Shown: positions 9,436-18,672 of the stretch, piece after piece
How the letters are laid out: each line of letters opens with the position of its first letter
How positions within the stretch are numbered: position 1 is the stretch's first letter
From: a virus
Taxonomy: Duplodnaviria; Heunggongvirae; Uroviricota; Caudoviricetes; Peduoviridae
Direction: 5' to 3' (one strand)
Length of the DNA: 30,728 nt
Virus record (IMG/VR): IMGVR_UViG_638275546_000001
Made by a program: the position numbers and the translations under genes
Notes under the pieces: generated by a model
What the model saw: only the letters and a program-made list of their open reading frames with translations
Told to the model about the DNA's origin: nothing
Database searches by the model: none

Positions 9436-10071
9436 ATGAACACTCTCGCAAATATCCAGGAACTCGCGCGCGCACTGCGCAACATGATACGCCCCGGCAT
9501 TATCGTCGAAACCGACCTTAACGCCGGTCGCTGCCGAGTGCAGACCGGCGGCATGTGCACTGACTGGCTTCAGTGGCTGACCCATCGTGCCGGTCGTTCG
9601 CGCACATGGTGGGCACCTTCCGTGGGGGAGCAGGTGCTGATTCTGGCCGTGGGCGGTGAACTCGACACGGCGTTCGTTCTGCCGGGGATTTATTCCGGCG
9701 ATAACCCCGCGCCGTCTGCGTCGGCGGATGCCCTGCATATCCGTTTCCCTGACGGGGCGGTGATTGAGTATGAACCCGAAACCAGTGCACTCACGGTAAG
9801 CGGAATTAAAACGGCCAGCGTGACGGCTTCTGATTCTGTTACTGCCACGGTGCCGGTGGTTATGGTGAAAGCATCAACCCGCGTCACCCTGGACACACCG
9901 GAGGTGGTCTGCACCAACAGGCTGATTACCGGCACGCTGGAAGTGCAGAAGGGCGGGACGATGCGCGGCAACATTGAACACACCGGCGGTGAACTCTCAT
10001 CAAACGGTAAGGTACTGCATACCCACAAACACCCAGGCGACAGCGGCGGCACAACCGGGAGTCCTCTATGA
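9436..10071 (+). CDS. V: Baseplate spike protein V
   Basis: 211-aa ORF; P2 gpV-like. Confidence 0.9.
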   Translation: MNTLANIQELARALRNMIRPGIIVETDLNAGRCRVQTGGMCTDWLQWLTHRAGRSRTWWAPSVGEQVLILAVGGELDTAFVLPGIYSGDNPAPSASADALHIRFPDGAVIEYEPETSALTVSGIKTASVTASDSVTATVPVVMVKASTRVTLDTPEVVCTNRLITGTLEVQKGGTMRGNIEHTGGELSSNGKVLHTHKHPGDSGGTTGSPL

Positions 10072-10415
10072 CAGCGCGTTATCTCGGAATGAATCGCAGT
10101 GATGGCCTGACTGTCACTGACCTTGAGCATATCAGCCAGAGTATCGGCGATATCCTGCGCACACCGGTCGGCTCACGGGTGATGCGTCGTGATTACGGCT
10201 CGTTGCTGGCGTCAATGATTGACCAGCCGCAGACCCCGGCGCTTGAGTTGCAGATTAAGGTCGCATGTTACATGGCGGTGCTGAAATGGGAACCCCGCGT
10301 CACGCTGTCATCTGTCACCACGGCGCGCAGTTTTGACGGGCGAATGACGGTCACGTTAACCGGCCAGCACAACGACACCGGCCAGCCACTTTCGTTAACC
10401 ATCCCTGTGAGTTGA
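10068..10415 (+). CDS. W: Baseplate wedge protein W (gp25-like)
   Basis: 115-aa ORF; P2 gpW-like; ATGA overlap with V. Confidence 0.9.
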   Translation: MTARYLGMNRSDGLTVTDLEHISQSIGDILRTPVGSRVMRRDYGSLLASMIDQPQTPALELQIKVACYMAVLKWEPRVTLSSVTTARSFDGRMTVTLTGQHNDTGQPLSLTIPVS

Positions 10416-10419
10416 AACC

Positions 10420-11328
10420 ATGCCGATTATCGACCTGAACCAGCTACCCGCACCGGATGTGGTCGAGGAGCTGGACTTTGAAACCATTCTCGCCGAACGC
10501 AAGGCGACACTGATTTCCCTTTACCCGGAAGACCAGCAGGAGGCGGTCGCCCGTACCCTGACGCTGGAATCTGAGCCTCTCGTCAAACTGCTGGAGGAAA
10601 ATGCTTATCGTGAGCTTATCTGGCGTCAGCGTGTGAATGAGGCTGCACGGGCGGTGATGCTGGCCTGTGCAGCCGGTAATGACCTTGATGTGATTGGTGC
10701 CAATTACAACACCACGCGCCTGATTATCACCCCGGCAGATGATTCGACCATCCCGCCGACACCGGCAGTGATGGAATCTGACACCGATTATCGTCTGCGT
10801 ATTCAGCAGGCGTTTGAAGGTTTAAGCGTCGCCGGGTCGGTGGGTGCCTATCAGTATCATGGCCGCAGTGCCGACGGGCGTGTCGCGGATATCTCTGTCA
10901 CCAGTCCGTCTCCGGCCTGCGTCACCATCTCTGTGCTGTCACGTGAGAATAACGGTGTGGCATCCGAAGACCTGCTGGCTGTGGTACGTAACGCCCTTAA
11001 TGGCGAGGATGTCAGGCCGGTGGCCGACCGCGTGACCGTGCAGTCTGCCGCCATCGTTGAATACCAGATAAACGCCACGCTTTACCTTTACCCTGGTCCC
11101 GAAAGCGAACCCATCCGCGCGGCCGCAGTAAAAAAACTGGAAGCGTATATCACGGCACAGCACCGGCTGGGGCGCGACATCCGTCTGTCTGCCATTTATG
11201 CCGCTTTGCATGTGGAAGGCGTGCAGCGTGTCGAACTGACTGCACCACTGGCTGACATCGTGCTCAACAGTACGCAGGCGTCTTTCTGTACCGAATACCG
11301 CGTCGTGACCGGAGGCTCGGATGAGTGA
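10420..11328 (+). CDS. J: Baseplate protein J
   Basis: 302-aa ORF; P2 gpJ-like. Confidence 0.9.
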   Translation: MPIIDLNQLPAPDVVEELDFETILAERKATLISLYPEDQQEAVARTLTLESEPLVKLLEENAYRELIWRQRVNEAARAVMLACAAGNDLDVIGANYNTTRLIITPADDSTIPPTPAVMESDTDYRLRIQQAFEGLSVAGSVGAYQYHGRSADGRVADISVTSPSPACVTISVLSRENNGVASEDLLAVVRNALNGEDVRPVADRVTVQSAAIVEYQINATLYLYPGPESEPIRAAAVKKLEAYITAQHRLGRDIRLSAIYAALHVEGVQRVELTAPLADIVLNSTQASFCTEYRVVTGGSDE

Positions 11329-11851
11329 TTCGCGACTGCTGCCGACCGGCTCATCACCGCTTGAAGTTGCTGCCGCAAAAGCCTGTGCGGAAATTGAAAA
11401 AACGCCGGTCAGTATTCGTGAGCTGTGGAACCCGGATACCTGTCCGGCAAATCTGCTGCCGTGGCTGGCGTGGGCGTTTTCGGTCGACAGGTGGGATGAA
11501 AAGTGGCCGGAAGCGACAAAACGCGCCGTTATCCGCGATGCGTATTTCATTCATTGTCATAAAGGCACTGTCGGCGCAATCCGGCGTGTGGTGGAGCCGC
11601 TCGGCTATCTCATTAACGTAAAGGAATGGTGGGAGACAAACGACCCGCCCGGAACCTTTCGCCTTGATATCGGTGTGCTGGAAAGCGGTATCACGGAGGA
11701 GATGTATCTGGAAATGGAACGGCTGATTGCCGATGCCAAACCCGCAAGTCGCCATCTTATCGGTCTGAACATTATCCAGGACATTCCCGGCTATCTGTAT
11801 ACAGGCGGTGTGGTCTGTGATGGTGATGTTATTACTGTTTATCCCGGATAA
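11321..11851 (+). CDS. I: Baseplate/tail protein I
   Basis: 176-aa ORF; P2 gpI-like; overlaps J end. Confidence 0.9.
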   Translation: MSDSRLLPTGSSPLEVAAAKACAEIEKTPVSIRELWNPDTCPANLLPWLAWAFSVDRWDEKWPEATKRAVIRDAYFIHCHKGTVGAIRRVVEPLGYLINVKEWWETNDPPGTFRLDIGVLESGITEEMYLEMERLIADAKPASRHLIGLNIIQDIPGYLYTGGVVCDGDVITVYPG

Positions 11852-11861
11852 GTGAGAAACA

Positions 11862-14603
11862 ATGAGCACGAAATTTAAAACCGTTATCACTACTGCCGGA
11901 GCCGCAAAGCTGGCAGCCGCCACTGTCCCCGGCGGGAAAAAAGTAAACCTGTCTGCAATGGCCGTGGGTGACGGTAATGGCAAATTGCCGGTGCCGGATG
12001 CCGGTCAGACGAAACTGGTGCATGAGGTCTGGCGTCACGCTCTGAATAAAGTCAGCGTGGATAACAAGAATAAAAACTATATCGTGGCTGAACTGGTTGT
12101 ACCGCCCGAAGTGGGCGGCTTCTGGATGCGTGAGCTTGGTCTGTATGACGATGCCGGAACACTGATTGCGGTATCCAACATGGCAGAAAGCTATAAGCCA
12201 GAACTGGCTGAAGGCTCCGGACGTGCGCAGACCTGCCGCATGGTTATTATTCTCAGCAACGTGGCGTCCGTTGAGCTGAGTATTGATGCCAGCACGGTGA
12301 TGGCGACGCAGGATTACGTCGATGACAAAATCGCAGAGCATGAGCAGTCCCGCCGCCATCCTGACGCCACGCTGACAGAAAAAGGTTTTACTCAGTTAAG
12401 CAGTGCAACAAACAGCACCAGTGAAAAGCTGGCGGCAACGCCAAAAGCGGTCAAGGCAGCAAATGACAACGCAAATTCACGTCTGGCGAAAAATCAGAAC
12501 GGTGCAGATATCCAGGATAAATCAGCTTTTCTGGACAATATTGGCGTTACCAGCCTGACGTTTATGAAACACAATGGAATGATTCCAACCACTGACAATC
12601 TTGACTCCTATGGCCCAGAAGAAAAATATCTTGGAACGTGGTCATGTCCGTCACAATCCACTGCAAAACCAGAGTCTGGTTACCCTGAAGATAAAGGCAA
12701 TGGGGTTCTGGAAGTATTCAATGCTGGTCGCTTTCACTGCACACAACGCTACACCACCCGAACCGGTAATATTTACATTCGGATGCTTGATGCAGAATGG
12801 AACCCAGCCAGTCCAACATGGAGTGCATGGAGAGTTATTACAAGCGGGACTCGACCATTAAGCACGTCAATTGACCTGAATTCTTTAGGTGGCGCGGAAC
12901 ACCTGGGAATATGGCGCAATAGCAGTACATCAATAGCCTCATTTGAACGTCATTTCCCGGAGGACGGGAGCTTTGGTCAGGGTATTCTGGAAGTCTTTGA
13001 AGGCGGTCTGTATGGGAGAATGCAACGTTACACCACCCGTAGTGGGACTATGTACATTCGCGGACTGACTGCCTCATGGGATGCAGAGAATCCACAATGG
13101 GAGGACTGGATTGCTGTTGGGTATCAGTCCACGGGATGGACTTATTCAGGGGATCTTGATGATCTTTTAAAGCCTGGTATTTATAGCGTCACGAAACAGG
13201 CCACAAATGCACCAGTCACCGACTCTAAAGATCTTGCTGTTGGCTCAATAGTTGAAGTGAAAAAACGTTGTGATATTGAATCGTATATCCAGACATATAC
13301 GACAGTTTCTGCAACGGATGCCTATAAAAACCGGACATTTCAACGAACTCGTGCCAGCGGTGAAGCTGACTGGGGGGAATGGGCGGAAGTTTACAACTCA
13401 AAATCATTACTCACTAAATTAGGTGTCGGCGGTGTTACCGACAGGTTATCCAGTCTGGACTGGCAGACCTACGACTTTGTGCCGGGCAGCATGATAACTG
13501 TCAGACTCTCCGATATGACCAATATCCCCGATGGGATGGAATGGGGCGTCATTGATACTAACCTGATAAATATCACTGTTGGCCCCAGTGAAGGTGGAGG
13601 TGTCGCCCGTTCAATGCAGGTATGGCGCAGCACCTCAAACAAAACCAACTATCGTTTTTTTACAGTCCGCTTATATGGCAATCCTGGGGAGCGTAGCTTC
13701 AATATTCGTCGGCTACCAATTATCGACGAAGCCCAGACATGGGAGGCAAAACAGACATTCAGTGCAGGCCTCTCTGGTGAACTGTCCGGCAATGCGGCGA
13801 CAGCAACAAAGCTGAAAACAGCCCGTAAAATTAATAACGTTTCGTTTGATGGAACATCAGATATTAACCTGACGCCGAAAAATATTGGTGCATTTGCTTC
13901 AGGAAAAACAGGAGACACCGTTGCGAATGATAAAGCCGTTGGATGGAACTGGAGTAGCGGAGCCTATAACGCAACTACTGGTGGGGCATCAACGTTAATT
14001 CTTCATTTTAATATCGGTGAAGGAAGTTGTCCCGCAGCCCAGTTCCGCGTTAATTATAAGAACGGCGGTATTTTTTATCGTTCTGCTCGTGATGGTTACG
14101 GATTCGAGGCTGACTGGTCTGAGTTTTATACCACAACGCGAAAACCTACAGCGGGAGATGTCGGTGCACTGTCGTTATCTGGTGGTCAATTGAATGGTGC
14201 ACTGGGCATCGGAACATCCAGTGATCTTGGCGGTAATTCGATTGTTTTGGGTGATAATGACACGGGCTTTAAACAAAATGGTGATGGTAATCTGGATGTT
14301 TATGCTAATAGCGTCCATGTTATGCGCTTTGTCTCCGGAAGCATTCAAAGTAATAAAACCATAAATATTACGGGGCGTGTTAATCCTTCGGATTACGGTA
14401 ACTTTGATTCCCGCTATGTGAGAGATGTCAGACTTGGCACTCGTGTTGTTCAGACCATGCAGAAAGGCGTGATGTATGAAAAATCAGGCCATGTAATCAC
14501 GGGGCTTGGTATTGTCGGTGAAGTCGATGGTGATGACCCCGCAGTATTCAGACCAATACAAAAATACATCAATGGCACATGGTATAACGTTGCGCAGGTG
14601 TAA
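11862..14603 (+). CDS. H: Tail fibre protein H (mosaic; conserved P2-like N-terminus, divergent distal receptor-binding region)
   Basis: 913-aa ORF; N-terminal ~200 aa recognised as P2 gpH-like baseplate-attachment region; the remainder is of lower GC, carries an internal duplicated ~70-aa module and a C-terminal ...GTWYNVAQV segment; followed by the assembly chaperone G. Confidence 0.88.
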   Translation: MSTKFKTVITTAGAAKLAAATVPGGKKVNLSAMAVGDGNGKLPVPDAGQTKLVHEVWRHALNKVSVDNKNKNYIVAELVVPPEVGGFWMRELGLYDDAGTLIAVSNMAESYKPELAEGSGRAQTCRMVIILSNVASVELSIDASTVMATQDYVDDKIAEHEQSRRHPDATLTEKGFTQLSSATNSTSEKLAATPKAVKAANDNANSRLAKNQNGADIQDKSAFLDNIGVTSLTFMKHNGMIPTTDNLDSYGPEEKYLGTWSCPSQSTAKPESGYPEDKGNGVLEVFNAGRFHCTQRYTTRTGNIYIRMLDAEWNPASPTWSAWRVITSGTRPLSTSIDLNSLGGAEHLGIWRNSSTSIASFERHFPEDGSFGQGILEVFEGGLYGRMQRYTTRSGTMYIRGLTASWDAENPQWEDWIAVGYQSTGWTYSGDLDDLLKPGIYSVTKQATNAPVTDSKDLAVGSIVEVKKRCDIESYIQTYTTVSATDAYKNRTFQRTRASGEADWGEWAEVYNSKSLLTKLGVGGVTDRLSSLDWQTYDFVPGSMITVRLSDMTNIPDGMEWGVIDTNLINITVGPSEGGGVARSMQVWRSTSNKTNYRFFTVRLYGNPGERSFNIRRLPIIDEAQTWEAKQTFSAGLSGELSGNAATATKLKTARKINNVSFDGTSDINLTPKNIGAFASGKTGDTVANDKAVGWNWSSGAYNATTGGASTLILHFNIGEGSCPAAQFRVNYKNGGIFYRSARDGYGFEADWSEFYTTTRKPTAGDVGALSLSGGQLNGALGIGTSSDLGGNSIVLGDNDTGFKQNGDGNLDVYANSVHVMRFVSGSIQSNKTINITGRVNPSDYGNFDSRYVRDVRLGTRVVQTMQKGVMYEKSGHVITGLGIVGEVDGDDPAVFRPIQKYINGTWYNVAQV

Positions 14604-14606
14604 ATT

Positions 14607-15134
14607 ATGCAGCATTTAAAAAACATTAAGTCAGGTAATCCAAAAACAAAAGAACAATATCAGCTAACAAAGAATTTTGATGTTATCTGGTTATGGTCCG
14701 AAGACGGAAAAAACTGGTATGAGGAAGTAAGTAATTTTCAGGAAGACACGATAAAGATTGTTTACGACGAGAATAATATAATTGTCGGCATCACCAGAGA
14801 TGCTTCAACGTTCAACCCTGAAGGTTTTAGCGTTGTCGAGGTTCCTGATATTACCGCCAACCGACGTGCTGATGACTCAGGTAAATGGATGTTTAAGGAT
14901 GGTGCCGTGATTAAGCGGATTTATACGGCAGACGAACAGCAACAACAGGCAGAATCACAAAAGGCCGCGTTACTTTCCGAAGCGGAAAGCGTTATTCAGC
15001 CACTGGAGCGCGCTGTCAGGCTGAACATGGCAACAGATGAGGAGCGTAGCCGACTGGAAGCATGGGAACGCTACAGTGTTCTGGTCAGCCGTGTGGATCC
15101 TGCAAATCCTGAATGGCCGGAAATGCCGCAATAA
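14607..15134 (+). CDS. G: Tail fibre assembly chaperone
   Basis: 175-aa ORF; P2 gpG-like. Confidence 0.9.
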   Translation: MQHLKNIKSGNPKTKEQYQLTKNFDVIWLWSEDGKNWYEEVSNFQEDTIKIVYDENNIIVGITRDASTFNPEGFSVVEVPDITANRRADDSGKWMFKDGAVIKRIYTADEQQQQAESQKAALLSEAESVIQPLERAVRLNMATDEERSRLEAWERYSVLVSRVDPANPEWPEMPQ

Positions 15135-15158
15135 GTTGTATGAGCTGACATATCTATA

Positions 15159-15207
15159 GCACAGAGTAAAGCCTAATCTGACAGTCCGCTCTGTGCAAGG
15201 AGCGGAC
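15159..15207. terminator. Nested stem-loops between convergent G and the minus-strand accessory ORF (candidate bidirectional terminator)
   Basis: GTCCGCTC-tgtgcaag-GAGCGGAC perfect 8-bp hairpin (15184..15207) overlapping a GCACAGAG...CTCTGTGC inverted repeat (15159..15197); no clear U-tract on either strand. Confidence 0.4.
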
Positions 15208-15285
15208 ATTACCTAACACATTGGTAACCTTCACAGATTTACGCGTTCTACATAGTTAGCATTGTATCTGATGAGTTATCATGTT

Positions 15286-16065
15286 TTAAAATATCCAACT
15301 GATAAATCCACCTGAATACTTTTCACTAATTTTGATTGCATAAAGATCATGAAGAGTTATAAATAAATCATTATCTTCTTTGAAAATTAACTCCTCATAC
15401 TCTGCCATTATCAAATTATGCTGTGTTGTTAGTTTAGATATGTTATCTATTTCACTGGCAAGCATGGATTTGTTTACATTGGTGTGTGGATCCATGGCAA
15501 TATATTTCCGCATCAATGGAATTAGTTGATCAGGGTCTATATTTTTTGCATTTTCCTTTGCTTTTTTTTGTCTTTCTGAATAGATGGAGTTAATTGTGTT
15601 AGTGTGTTTTTTCGCCAGTCTCTTAAACTCTGGATATGAACCAGTAACTAATGCAAGCTCTTCGTACTTAAGGAATAAATCGATATTGCATTTTTTTACC
15701 GTCATTTCAAGATCTTCAACTCTTTTTTTTAACTCTTCATTTGTTTTAATAAGAGACATCGGGAGAACTTCATAATGTTGTCCTAATTCTGAATCAGGGC
15801 TCATTGCCATATGTACTATTTCATTATACATGAGCTGATAAGAAGCAGATAACTCTCCATACTTTAGAAATAGTTCATTATGTGAAGATGAACAAGAACT
15901 TTGTAATTTCATCATTGGCCTAAAGTAATCCTTTATAAACTCCTCCTGAAGATCTTGGTCTTTTTTGTAGCTCTCTAGGATTCCAGCAAAAAGAAATGAC
16001 CCTAAAGATATAGAGATTATGGATATTAGCAATTGACTAAGGAATGATTGTGTTTCATTACTCAT
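15286..16065 (-). CDS. Accessory (moron) protein at the Z/fun position: single-pass membrane protein of unknown function, candidate phage-exclusion protein
   Basis: 259-aa ORF with ATG start and AGGA Shine-Dalgarno; opposite strand to the flanking late genes; markedly AT-rich; N-terminal hydrophobic helix (about residues 8-30), Lys/Glu-rich soluble remainder with no motif I recognise. Confidence 0.75.
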   Translation of the reverse strand: MSNETQSFLSQLLISIISISLGSFLFAGILESYKKDQDLQEEFIKDYFRPMMKLQSSCSSSHNELFLKYGELSASYQLMYNEIVHMAMSPDSELGQHYEVLPMSLIKTNEELKKRVEDLEMTVKKCNIDLFLKYEELALVTGSYPEFKRLAKKHTNTINSIYSERQKKAKENAKNIDPDQLIPLMRKYIAMDPHTNVNKSMLASEIDNISKLTTQHNLIMAEYEELIFKEDNDLFITLHDLYAIKISEKYSGGFISWIF

Positions 16066-16465
16066 AAAACATCCTTAAAAAATAACACGAAAAGTGACTC
16101 CTGACAGGGAAGAAACGACAGGTCGGAAACAAACTTAACTGATGAGTTAGCTGTAGTCCAGAACCTTGTTTTAACACTTAGTGTGACTGTTTGCATCTCA
16201 GGAATTTGTGCCAATAATATTTGAATCCTTATAATTTATTTAAATCAAATTTAGTTACTCGCTCAAAGCAGGCTGTCAGATTTGATAGCGTTTGGGCTAT
16301 GTAAACTGTCAGTCGGAAAATGAGTGTGTACAAATCAGGACAGGCGAGCTGATTGCCCGCCTTTTCTTTATCTGTTGTTTCATCCACTGACCAGCCAGGT
16401 CAAATAGCGTCTCATGCTCTGCACAACAGAAAATAGTTGCACCCATTAACCACGGAGTTAAACGG

Positions 16466-17656
16466 ATGAGTGACTATCATCATGGCGTGCAGGTGCTGGA
16501 GATTAACGACGGCACCCGCGTCATTTCCACCGTATCCACTGCCATTGTCGGCATGGTCTGCACGGCCAGCGATGCGGATGCGGAAACCTTCCCTCTCAAT
16601 AAACCGGTGCTGATTACCAATGTGCAGAGCGCAATTGCAAAGGCCGGTAAAAAAGGCACGCTGGCGGCGTCGTTACAGGCCATCGCTGACCAGTCAAAAC
16701 CGGTCACCGTTGTTGTGCGCGTGGAAGACGGCACCGGCGACGACGAGGAAACGAAACTCGCGCAGACTGTTTCCAATATTATCGGCACCACCGACGAAAA
16801 CGGTCAGTACACCGGACTGAAAGCCCTGATGGGGGCTGAGTCGGTTACCGGCGTTAAACCGCGCATTCTCGGCGTACCGGGACTGGACACCAAAGAGGTC
16901 GCCGTCGCACTGGCATCGGTATGCCAGGAACTGAATGCCTTCGGGTATATCAGCGCATGGGGTTGTAAAACCATTTCCGAGGTGAAAGCCTACCGCCAGA
17001 ATTTCAGCCAGCGTGAGCTGATGGTTATCTGGCCGGATTTCCTCGCATGGGATACGGTTACCAGTACCACCGCCACCGCGTATGCCACCGCTCGTGCGCT
17101 GGGTCTGCGCGCTAAAATCGACCAGGAGCAGGGCTGGCATAAAACGCTGTCCAACGTCGGGGTGAACGGTGTTACCGGCATCAGTGCATCCGTCTTCTGG
17201 GATTTGCAGAAGCCAGGCACTGATGCTGACCTGCTGAACGAGGCAGGCGTCACAACGCTGGTTCGCCGCGACGGTTTTCGTTTCTGGGGTAACCGTACCT
17301 GCTCTGATGACCCGCTGTTCCTCTTTGAAAGCTACACACGCACCGCGCAGGTACTGGCCGACACGATGGCTGAGGCGCACATGTGGGCTATTGATAAGCC
17401 CATCACCGCAACGCTGATTCGCGACATCATTGACGGCATCAATGCCAAATTCCGTGAACTGAAAAACAACGGTTATATCGTGGATGGCACATGCTGGTTC
17501 AGCGAAGAATCCAACGATGCGGAAACCCTCAAGGCCGGAAAACTGTATATCGACTACGACTATACCCCGGTGCCTCCTCTCGAAAACCTGACCCTGCGCC
17601 AGCGTATTACTTCCAGATACCTGGCAAGTCTGGTCACTTCGGTTAACAGCAATTAA
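16466..17656 (+). CDS. FI: Tail sheath protein
   Basis: 396-aa ORF; P2 gpFI-like. Confidence 0.92.
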   Translation: MSDYHHGVQVLEINDGTRVISTVSTAIVGMVCTASDADAETFPLNKPVLITNVQSAIAKAGKKGTLAASLQAIADQSKPVTVVVRVEDGTGDDEETKLAQTVSNIIGTTDENGQYTGLKALMGAESVTGVKPRILGVPGLDTKEVAVALASVCQELNAFGYISAWGCKTISEVKAYRQNFSQRELMVIWPDFLAWDTVTSTTATAYATARALGLRAKIDQEQGWHKTLSNVGVNGVTGISASVFWDLQKPGTDADLLNEAGVTTLVRRDGFRFWGNRTCSDDPLFLFESYTRTAQVLADTMAEAHMWAIDKPITATLIRDIIDGINAKFRELKNNGYIVDGTCWFSEESNDAETLKAGKLYIDYDYTPVPPLENLTLRQRITSRYLASLVTSVNSN

Positions 17657-17668
17657 GGAGCCTGACCG

Positions 17669-18187
17669 ATGGCAATGCCGCGCAAACTCAAGTTAATGAA
17701 CGTCTTTCTGAACGGCTACAGCTATCAGGGCGTTGCAAAGTCCGTCACGCTGCCAAAACTGACCCGTAAGCTCGAAAACTATCGCGGTGCGGGGATGAAC
17801 GGCAGCGCACCGGTAGACCTCGGCCTTGATGATGATGCTCTGTCAATGGAGTGGTCGCTCGGTGGATTCCCGGATTCGGTTATCTGGGAGCTTTACGCTG
17901 CAACCAGTGCTGATGCCGTACCGATTCGTTTTGCTGGTTCTTACCAGCGCGACGATACCGGCGAAACGGTGGCCGTCGAAGTGGTCATGCGTGGGCGTCA
18001 GAAAGAAGTCGATACCGGAGAGGGTAAACAGGGAGAGGATACCGAATCGAAACTCCCGGTGATTTGTACTTATTTCAAGTTGACGATGGACGGTAAGGAG
18101 CTGGTCGAAATCGACACCATCAACATGATTGAGAAGGTGAACGGCGTCGACCGGCTGGAGCAACACCGCCGCAATATCGGCCTGTGA
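17669..18187 (+). CDS. FII: Tail tube protein
   Basis: 172-aa ORF; P2 gpFII-like. Confidence 0.92.
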   Translation: MAMPRKLKLMNVFLNGYSYQGVAKSVTLPKLTRKLENYRGAGMNGSAPVDLGLDDDALSMEWSLGGFPDSVIWELYAATSADAVPIRFAGSYQRDDTGETVAVEVVMRGRQKEVDTGEGKQGEDTESKLPVICTYFKLTMDGKELVEIDTINMIEKVNGVDRLEQHRRNIGL

Positions 18188-18244
18188 TTTTCATCCGGGT
18201 CAGCCTGGCTGACCGGTTAACCCCGATTCAGAAGTGAGAAAACC

Positions 18245-18520
18245 ATGAACAAAGAAAATGTGATTACCCTGGACAATCCGGTCAAGCGTGGTGAGCAGGT
18301 TATCGAACAGGTCACGCTGATGAAACCTAATGCCGGGACGCTGCGCGGTGTCAGTCTGGCTGCGGTCGCAAACTCCGAAGTCGATGCACTGATTAAGGTG
18401 CTGCCGCGCATGACGGCACCGATGCTGACCGAGCAGGAGGTCGCCGCGCTGGAACTGCCTGACCTTGTGGCGCTGGCCGGTAAGGTGGTCGGTTTTTTGT
18501 CTCCGAACTCGGTGCAGTGA
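18245..18520 (+). CDS. E: Tail assembly chaperone E
   Basis: 91-aa ORF immediately upstream of the tape measure gene; P2 gpE-like. Confidence 0.88.
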   Translation: MNKENVITLDNPVKRGEQVIEQVTLMKPNAGTLRGVSLAAVANSEVDALIKVLPRMTAPMLTEQEVAALELPDLVALAGKVVGFLSPNSVQ

Positions 18521-18672
18521 CGTTTCCGAAAAATCTGTCGGTCGATGACCTGATGGCAGATGTGGCAGTGATATTTCACTGGCCGCCATCAGAACTGTAT
18601 CCCATGAGCCTGACCGAACTCATCACATGGCGCGAAAAGGCGCTCCGGCGAAGCGGAAGCACGAATGAGTAA
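18245..18672 (+). CDS. E': Tail assembly chaperone E+E', produced by programmed -1 ribosomal frameshift at slippery T-run 18493..18499
   Basis: Slippery TTTTTTG near the end of E; the -1 frame is open from 18499 to TAA at 18670..18672, overlapping the T start codon; this is the conserved G/GT-type chaperone frameshift of P2-like tails. Confidence 0.75.

Noticed and set aside
9190-9738. 182-aa minus-strand ORF spanning the S/V junction
   Set aside because: Antisense to two conserved tail genes; Arg-rich junk-like translation.
10939-11983. Minus-strand ORFs of 203 and 209 aa overlapping J, I and the start of H
   Set aside because: Antisense to conserved baseplate genes with no start/RBS support; considered spurious.
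16694-17380. 228-aa minus-strand ORF inside tail sheath gene FI
   Set aside because: Fully embedded antisense in a well-supported gene; Arg/Gly-rich composition typical of antisense translation.
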